From assembly GCF_009914755.1 (NCBI RefSeq), contig NC_060925.1: a DNA stretch of 64,000 nucleotides. One strand, written 5' to 3'. A program made the translations under genes and the position numbers. This document shows positions 54,658-64,000 of the stretch, piece after piece; within the stretch, counting starts at the first letter, position 1, and each line of letters starts with the position of its first letter. Source of the stretch: the human T2T-CHM13v2.0 reference genome, Homo sapiens. The notes under the pieces are model-generated. The model had not been told where the DNA came from and ran no database searches. It worked only from the letters and a program-made list of their open reading frames with translations.

Positions 54658-55798
54658 GAGCTATGACAATCATGGGTATGGTGCTGATCTCTTCATTGTA
54701 TTTATCACTACCTAAAATTCGCTTAGATTTATTTATGTTTACTCTTTCACTCCCTTGATTGTAAGTTCCATTACAGCAGGGATTTTGTCTAATTCATAGT
54801 AATCGCAATGCTGCGGAGTGCCTGCGCCATGGCACATGAAAAGTGACCGTGTGGTTAAATTGTTTCTCAGTCACTCTGTAATATCCAGTATTTTGTAGAG
54901 CTTTTGTTTTTAATGATATACAGGAGATCCAGAGTTTTTTAGGGGGCTACAAACTCTAGCACATAGGACTATATAAGAAATAACACTGCAGCAAGTTAGA
55001 ACCAGGTGTTCAGGAAGCATATCATAGCAGTGGAGACACGATCTCTTGATTAGAGGGACCTTGGATAAAAGAGGCCTTTTTTGAACAGAATAGCTCTGCT
55101 GAAGAAAGAGATTTCGTCATTATTTTACCTTCATTTCATGGCTTTTCCAAAATAAGGTACATGTGTGAAAAATGCCCTCCGTAAGGGCGAGGTCTTTATT
55201 TTGTTCTCTGCTGTTCTGTAAATGATACCAGCACATTATAGGGTTCAAATATTTGTTAAATGAATGAAAACATTTTCAGATCCTGCTTTGTCCTTAGACA
55301 TTTTTGGATTGCTTTAAATGTTCTCTTATCCTTAGCATAATATTAGCTATTTAATAGAGCAGGTAAAATGTTTTGCCTATTTTTTTTTGTCTCTTATAAT
55401 TGTGTGAAATATTCTGAATCTGGTCTTCACTTTGGTGTTTTTGACCTTAGGCTGCCCTTAAACTGAAGTCACAGCCTAGCTCAATGGCACTGGCTCCCCC
55501 TTGTGTCAGGAACTTGATACTACACCCACTAAATGCCAGCCTGCCAAGAACCAAGCTTCCCCGGGTCAAACATTTTAAGTGGTCCAAATGCTATACATAA
55601 TTAAATGATGACACCACGATTGGGCCACCTTATTGGGGCTCATTTGCTCCAAATAGTCTTACTCCTATGCCCACTACTATATATATAGCACAGGTACAGA
55701 AAAACATTTTTAATACTTGTAACCATAAAGGCTTTTGGAGTTAGTTTGTACTTCTTATCAATATAAGACATCTACGTTGACAAAAGAAATCGAATGTT

Positions 55799-56198
<400 letters not shown>

Positions 56199-56428
56199 TT
56201 AGCGTTTTTTTAATCCCATGAAATCGATTTAAAAGGAAGAAAATTATTTTTCAAAGGGACAACATTTTATTTTCAAGAGTAGTATTTGATTTCTGTTTTG
56301 TGTACATGGTAGAATACTGAGTGAGTTGCTCCTGGCCACTCTCGCTGTTGAGGAGATGAACCCGTGCAGGGACGGCCCCAGGAAGGCCTCTTTAGCTGTC
56401 TGAATGAAGTGATTTTGACTCTCAGCGT

Positions 56429-57021
56429 CAGTGGTGTGCTGGAGCCAGACCGTGCCGACTTATCCCAGCTCACAAGAGCTAATGGCTAAATTTCAGGAGT
56501 TCTGCAAACTATTGTTAAAGCTAGTTTATATTAGAAATAAATTATATAGACTTAATTCAGTTATATTAAAAAACAAGGGTGCTTTCTTCAGCAGCACTTA
56601 TCTAAGATCAGAACAACATCGAGAAGATGAGCGTGGCACCTACACAGGCTGGCACACACATTTGTGAAGCGTTCCATATTTTTTCAGGTTATTCTGTATT
56701 AAATGCAAAATAAATGCTTTTATTAACAATGACAAAAAGAAAGGTAATTGTAATAAATACAATTTACCACTTCGTAATTACTTTACTATATTTTACTCAT
56801 ACTTTGAGGTTATTTGTGTCTAGTGTATGTGTGGTGGATGTACCATATAATGGTATGCTATTGTCATTTCTTCCAGACTCCACCTTTAGTGATTTCATGT
56901 TTGTAATTGGCAGCTTGAAATCGATCTTGGAACAATGGAAATAAAACCACAATGGAAATAAAAAAGGATCCAAATCAGGACTTTTTGCCTATGAGGAGCC
57001 AGTGATAACCAGCCCATTACT
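56429..57021 (+). mobile_element. MER63-like hAT-Blackjack element interrupted by the U6 chimera
   Basis: CAGTGGTGTGCTGGAGCC start; GAGCCAGTGATAACCAGCCCATTACT end. Confidence 0.75.
56579..56684 (+). pseudogene. Older, diverged U6 snRNA pseudogene (chimeric insertion)
   Basis: GTGCTTTCTTCAGCAGCAC...GTGAAGCGTTCCATATTTTTT is colinear with U6; the ACAGAGA box is mutated. Confidence 0.9.
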
Positions 57022-57129
57022 ATATGCAAAACGAGTTTATATGTTTTTTCTCTACTCCAAAAACTTAACAAAAGAAGGAATTATTAAACTTTAAAAAACG
57101 ATTTTAATTTTATTTTACTACATTGGTTT

Positions 57130-57203
57130 CAGTTTTTTATTTTATTTTATCATTTATTTATTTATTTTTGAGACGGAGTCTCACTCTGTCGCCCAGGCTG
57201 GAT

Positions 57204-57238
<35 letters not shown>

Positions 57239-57550
57239 CTTTTTTTGAGACGGAGTCTCGTTCTGTTGCCCAGGCTGGAGTGCAGTGGCACCATCTCGGC
57301 TCCACCTCCCGGGTTCAAGGGATTCTCCTGCCTCAGCCTCCTTAGTAGGTGGGATTACAGGCGCCTGCCACCACGCCTGGCTATTTGTGTGTGTGTGTTT
57401 GTGTATTTTTAGTAGAGATGGCATTTCACCATGTTGGTCAGGCTGGTCTTGAACTCCTGACCTCAAGTGATCCACCTACCTCGGTACCCCCTCCCCCGAC
57501 CCAGCCCCAACAAAGTGCTGGGATTACAGGTGTGAGCCACCATGGCTGGC
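57130..57550 (-). mobile_element. AluS with an extra Alu 3'-end stub
   Basis: GAGACGGAGTCTC...CCCAGGCTGGA occurs twice. Confidence 0.9.
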
Positions 57551-57664
57551 TTGGTTTCAGTTTTTTAAATAGTTTTTTGAAAAGATAACTTCAATAATTT
57601 AAATTCTTTAATAATTTTAATAATGTTAAAAATGGTTTTAAAAGGTTGCTTTAATTTAATTGAA

Positions 57665-57956
57665 TTTATTTATGTTGAGACAGAGTCTTGTTCTGTCACC
57701 CAGGCTGCCGTGTGATGGCAGCATCACAGAGCTCACTGCAGCTTCAACCTCACCTGCTCAAGTCATCCTCCCATCTCAGCCTCCAGGGTAGCTGGAACTA
57801 CAGCCACACACCACCATGCCTGGCTAATTTTACATTTTTTTGTAGAAACAGGGTCTTACTGTATTGCTCAGGGTGGTCTTGAACTCCTGGACACAGGTGG
57901 TCCTCCCGCCTCAGCCTTCCACAGTGCTGGGATCACAGGTGTGAGCCACCTTGCCT
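57665..57956 (-). mobile_element. AluJ (5' end displaced to 58693-58700 by the LTR)
   Basis: GAGCCACCTTGCCT|LTR|GCCTGGCC. Confidence 0.88.
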
Positions 57957-58692
57957 TGTCACTGGTCGAGGGTTGTGACTGCAAGTTGTCCAGGTTCTTG
58001 GCATTTTGAACAAAGAATTGGACAAAATGCCCAGCAAAGCAAAGCAAAGTATGAAGCAACAAAAGAACAAAAGCAGGGATTCATTGAAAATGAAAGTACA
58101 CTCCACAGTGTGGGAGTGGGCCAGAGCAGCAGCTCCAGGGTCCAGATGCAGAATCTTCTTGGGTCCAAATACCCGCTAGCAGTTTTCCATTGGCCACTTC
58201 ACGTCCATCTCATGTAAATGAAGTGCTAGCCCACAGTCAGTCTGAATGGTTGCAGAAAGCAGCCAACCAGAGGCTGAAGTGAAGTTACAAAGGTCACACC
58301 CCTGTGCAAACAGGAGTTGGTTTTCGCAGCCAATCAGAGGCTAGGGTGAAGTTACAAAGTTATACCTCTGTGCAAACAGACTTGGCAGGCCATCAGTCTG
58401 ACTGGTTGTGGACAGCAGCCATCGGTCTGACTGGTTGTGGACAGCAACCATTCAGAGGCCGGAGTGAACAAAGATGCAAACGGAGACTCAACCCGCAGTC
58501 AGTCTGGTTTGTTGCAGACAGCCAATTTCCCATCTGCCTACCAGAAAAGGTAGTGAGTTTGCAAAGGGAGTAGCCTCTGGTCCTTTTGTTACTTAGGCTG
58601 GAAAGTTAGGGTTTTCCTTTCAATTTAGTTCTAGGAAGTCAGTGTGAAATAGCCTTAGGATCCCTGCCTCCAGACCCTATTGCCCTGCCTCA
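57957..58692 (-). mobile_element. MER51-like ERV1 solo LTR
   Basis: TG...CA ends, 4-bp TSD GCCT, repeated CAGCCAATCAGAGGC...GTGAAGTTACAAAG units. Confidence 0.85.
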
Positions 58693-59777
58693 GCCTGGCC
58701 TAAAAGCTTTACTTGAATCTTCAATCAATTCACTTAATTCAAAGTTTCATTTAGTAGAAATAGGTTAACCAACCTTAATATTATATATGATTTTATCAAT
58801 TATGTTATATTTTTGTTTCATTTTCTAGTTCCTGTCTAATGTCTTGTTTTCTTATTTCTAAACTTCTTTCTTTTATTTTCATCATTAAGCTATGAATTTT
58901 TTTCCTATCTCCTGTAACTTTCTTTTCACTTATTTCAGTGTTTTTACATTTTTCTCTTCAGCTGTCTCCCTTTGCAGACAGACCTCGATCTCTTTCTCAG
59001 AATTAATGGCCTCATATTTTCCTGACCTGTGCTCCTTCTCGCTGTCTCTTTTATTCTTAGCTCACCTTTAGGATCCTCACTACTCCTGAGGCTGAACTGT
59101 TAGCAATACGGTTTCCTCCACTGTGGCCAGGATCCCAGCTCCATCCGGATACCATCTGGACATGTGCAGGGCTCACCTGGCCCCTTCTGCTGTTTTCCCA
59201 TGTCTTTGGCACCAGAAATACGATGCGAGGATAGTGCATAGGATCATTCGGTCATTTTTGCCTCTAGCCCCGTATTTCAGAACATGGGAGGACAAGAGAA
59301 GCTCCGAGTCGTTTTTGCTTCTGCTGTAATTTGTTTTTATTCTCATCTCAAGGAATTTGGAAGTCCTTTTGAAATAAATGCATCTCATTTCATTATCATT
59401 TGAGGAAAGAGACATTTGAGAGGAAAGGGCGATTAATATTTAAACACCACCTCCCTTCCCCTACCTCATTTGCCCTTGTATTTTTTTCTTCTCACTCGCT
59501 CTCTTATATTGCCTTTACTGGGCAACTATGTCAACAAATTGCCACTGAAAGGCACCTGACTGGTGAGCTGCCTTGAGCTGAGGTCAGTGTGATCCTTCAG
59601 CTGGGAGCCGCTGCTCCGTTTTAGAGGGCGAGCCATTGCTACCGCTGATGAGCTGAGCCTGGGGCTCAACGAGTCCATCTGAAAAGCCATCTCTCTTCCA
59701 GCAGCAGGGAGCCACTCGCAGTGCTGCTTTCATCAGCCTTCGTGAAGGATGAAAAGGGCTTCGTCTTTTCCACACAC

Positions 59778-60845
<1,068 letters not shown>

Positions 60846-61469
60846 TGCCTTTCTTTTACCTGCAAGGAATGGTAGGCTGATACACAGCCTCATCTCAACT
60901 TTTACTTCAGGAAACAATATTTTAGGTCTATCCAGGGTCTCCAAGTTTCTGAAGTACTGAGTGAAAATGTTGTAACTAATATATTTTGTTATGAAACTGA
61001 GGATTAAGACATCCTTCATAACCAGCTTCTCAAGCCAAAGTGATACAGATAGTATAACACCAGAGTAAATTGTTGTATAAGTAGTTTATGTATATGAGGC
61101 AGGGTTTCTGTTATCCTTTGTTATTACTGTGGTTTTGATGGATGAGAGTGAAATGTGCTTATCTTGTTTTTTTTTTAAATAAAATCTTTTTATTTAAAAA
61201 ATTTCAAACTTCTAAACGGTAAGAGTGTTGCCCTGAACTCCTGCACACTTTTACTTAGATTCGCCAATCCCTCATGATCTGCCACATTTGTTTTTGCCTC
61301 CTCTTTCTCCTTCTCCCTCTCTGCCCCGTTTCTCTCTATATATGCACAAACACACATACCTATTTACACATTTTATTATTATTGTTATTTTCATCATCAC
61401 CATTTTGCTAGACTATTTGAGAGTAAACTGTAAACATTGTAACCTTTCCCTGAAATGCTTCACTGTGGA

Positions 61470-61935
61470 TCTTCTTTCTTTCTTTCTTTCTTTTTGGAGA
61501 AAGGTGTCTTGCTATATTGTCCAGGTGGGAAATGGACATGAACTCCTGGGCTCAAGTGGTCCTCCCACCCCAGTTTCCCAAGTAGCTGGGACTATAGGTG
61601 TGCACCGCTGGGGTCTTCCTTTCTTTCTTTTTCTTTTCTTTTTTTTTTGTTTTTGAGACAGAGTCCCACTCCATCACCCAGATGGGAGTGCAGTAGCTCG
61701 ATCTCGACTCACGCAACCTCCACCTCCCAGGTTCAAGTGATTCTCATGCCTCAGCCTCTCGAGTAGCTGGACTTACAGGTGTGTACCACTACAGCTGGCT
61801 AATTTTTGTATTTCTAGTAGAGACAAAGTTTTGCCATGTGGGCCAGGCTGGTCTCCAACTCCTGGCCTCAAGTGATCCACCCACCTCGGCCTCCCAGAGT
61901 GCTGGGATTACAGGCGTGAGCCACCGTGCCCAGCC
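61470..61935 (-). mobile_element. FLAM 61470-61612 plus AluS 61615-61935 within an L1MC fragment
   Basis: Alu consensus. Confidence 0.85.
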
Positions 61936-62469
61936 TCAGTGTAGGTCTTCTAAGACAAGAACATTCTCTTACATAAGCCACAGTGTCTGTGTGTGCTCTT
62001 AAAAATAACCTTAGAGTCAGATCACTTGGGTTAAGGTGTCATTTGGCTCATTCCTCTGCTTCTTGCAGGTGCATTTCTAAACAGTACAAAACTGATATTT
62101 TCTGGGAGTGATAGACCGAAATTCTTATGGGGGCCAGCCTGTGATATAAAAGTGAGAATCTGACAGAGTTCATACTGTACTCATGACATGTATGCATGCC
62201 CCACCTAAACAAATAAACACGCCAATCCTAGACTAAAAAAAAACTGTAATAAGAAAAAATCATCAACAACAACAACAACAAAAATACCCGATGGCCAAAT
62301 TTGTCACTTGGGTCAACAATTTGCGGCCCTGGATCTACGGTCAAAGCTCCCGTGGGGTGGAATATCCACAGCTTTCTTTGGAAGCACTGTGGTATAGTTC
62401 AGAAGTTCTCCTTTAAGTCCAAGTGCTTGACTGAGATTTGTGAGAGGCAGCAGTCGCAGTGGCAGGTAG

Positions 62470-62670
62470 CATGAGAGCTAGGCTGTGTGTGTGAATCCCG
62501 TTTCCACCATTTGCTACCGGTGTGATCTTGGGAAAATGTCTTAACCTTTCTGTGGTTCACTTTTCCTCATCTGTAAAATAGTACCTTTCACACAAAGCTG
62601 TCATGAGGAAGAAGTGAGGAAGAATATTTAAAGCACCTTACACCAGAGTCTGGCACGCGTAATAAGTCAC
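62470..62670 (+). mobile_element. MIR
   Basis: TGTGATCTTGGGAAAATGTCTTAACCTTTCTGTG...TTCCTCATCTGTAAAAT. Confidence 0.8.
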
Positions 62671-62874
62671 TGTAGAACTGGATTCTGCGAAGACGAACCT
62701 GATGGCTAGAGGCCATCACATCCATGCAGATCATGATCCTGGTATAAGGGGAGAGGGATGTGAGGACTGTTCCTCCTGGAAGACCTAGAGAAGATGTTCA
62801 TTCTTGAGCCAGAAAGCTACTTAATCTACTTTTCTCCCATTGGGAGTGACTTTCTTTTGTTCTTATCCCCGTTG

Positions 62875-63050
62875 TCTTTTTTTTCTTTTTTCTTTTCCCT
62901 TTTTTTATTAGACGGATTTTCGCTCTTGTTAGTAGAGATGGGGTTTCACCATGCTGGCCAGGCTGGTCTCGAACTCCTGACCTCAGGTGATCTGCCCACC
63001 TTGGCTTCCCAAACTCCTGGGATAACAGGCGTGACCCACCGCGCCCAGCC
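62875..63050 (-). mobile_element. AluS with right arm almost entirely deleted
   Basis: TCGCTCTTGT joined directly to TAGTAGAGATGGGG. Confidence 0.85.
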
Positions 63051-63129
63051 CTCATCCCCGTTTTCTACTCATCCTTCTTGTCAGACTTCTCCCCAGCTCT
63101 CTCCTATATTTCCCTAGTGCTGAGGGGGT

Positions 63130-64000
<871 letters not shown>

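Noticed and set aside
58255-58530. Repeat-spacer-like array
   Set aside because: Internal tandem units of the MER51-like LTR; not CRISPR (eukaryotic DNA, no cas genes).

Overview
Human (primate) genomic DNA, very rich in interspersed repeats and lying inside the + strand gene EFCAB2 (DRC8, an EF-hand subunit of the axonemal dynein regulatory complex; chr1q44 from memory). Only two exons are recognisable. One is an 85-nt EF-hand exon at 29896-29980 (E-IIVAEFHKKIKEAFEVFDHESNNTVDV-R). The other is a 112-nt frame-shifting cassette exon at 14762-14873 that appears to be an exonised antisense L2. Neither is in the supplied ORF track, which is essentially Alu/L1 noise. The rest is intron: about 55 Alu/FLAM copies, old L1M/L2/MIR fragments, MaLR/ERV LTRs (MLT1, MST, THE1, MER21, MER51), Tigger/Charlie/MER DNA-transposon fossils and three snRNA retrocopies (two U6, one 3'-truncated U4). 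I see no evidence of a new multi-gene system. The best leads are the frame-switching L2 exon (with a possible 197-nt circRNA), a U6 chimera fused to an unknown polyadenylated 3' end, an old inverted templated duplication, a poly(A)-only L1-type insertion and a sense THE1 LTR with an intact DUX4 motif. Repeat families were assigned by eye from remembered consensus sequences, and repeat boundaries are approximate.
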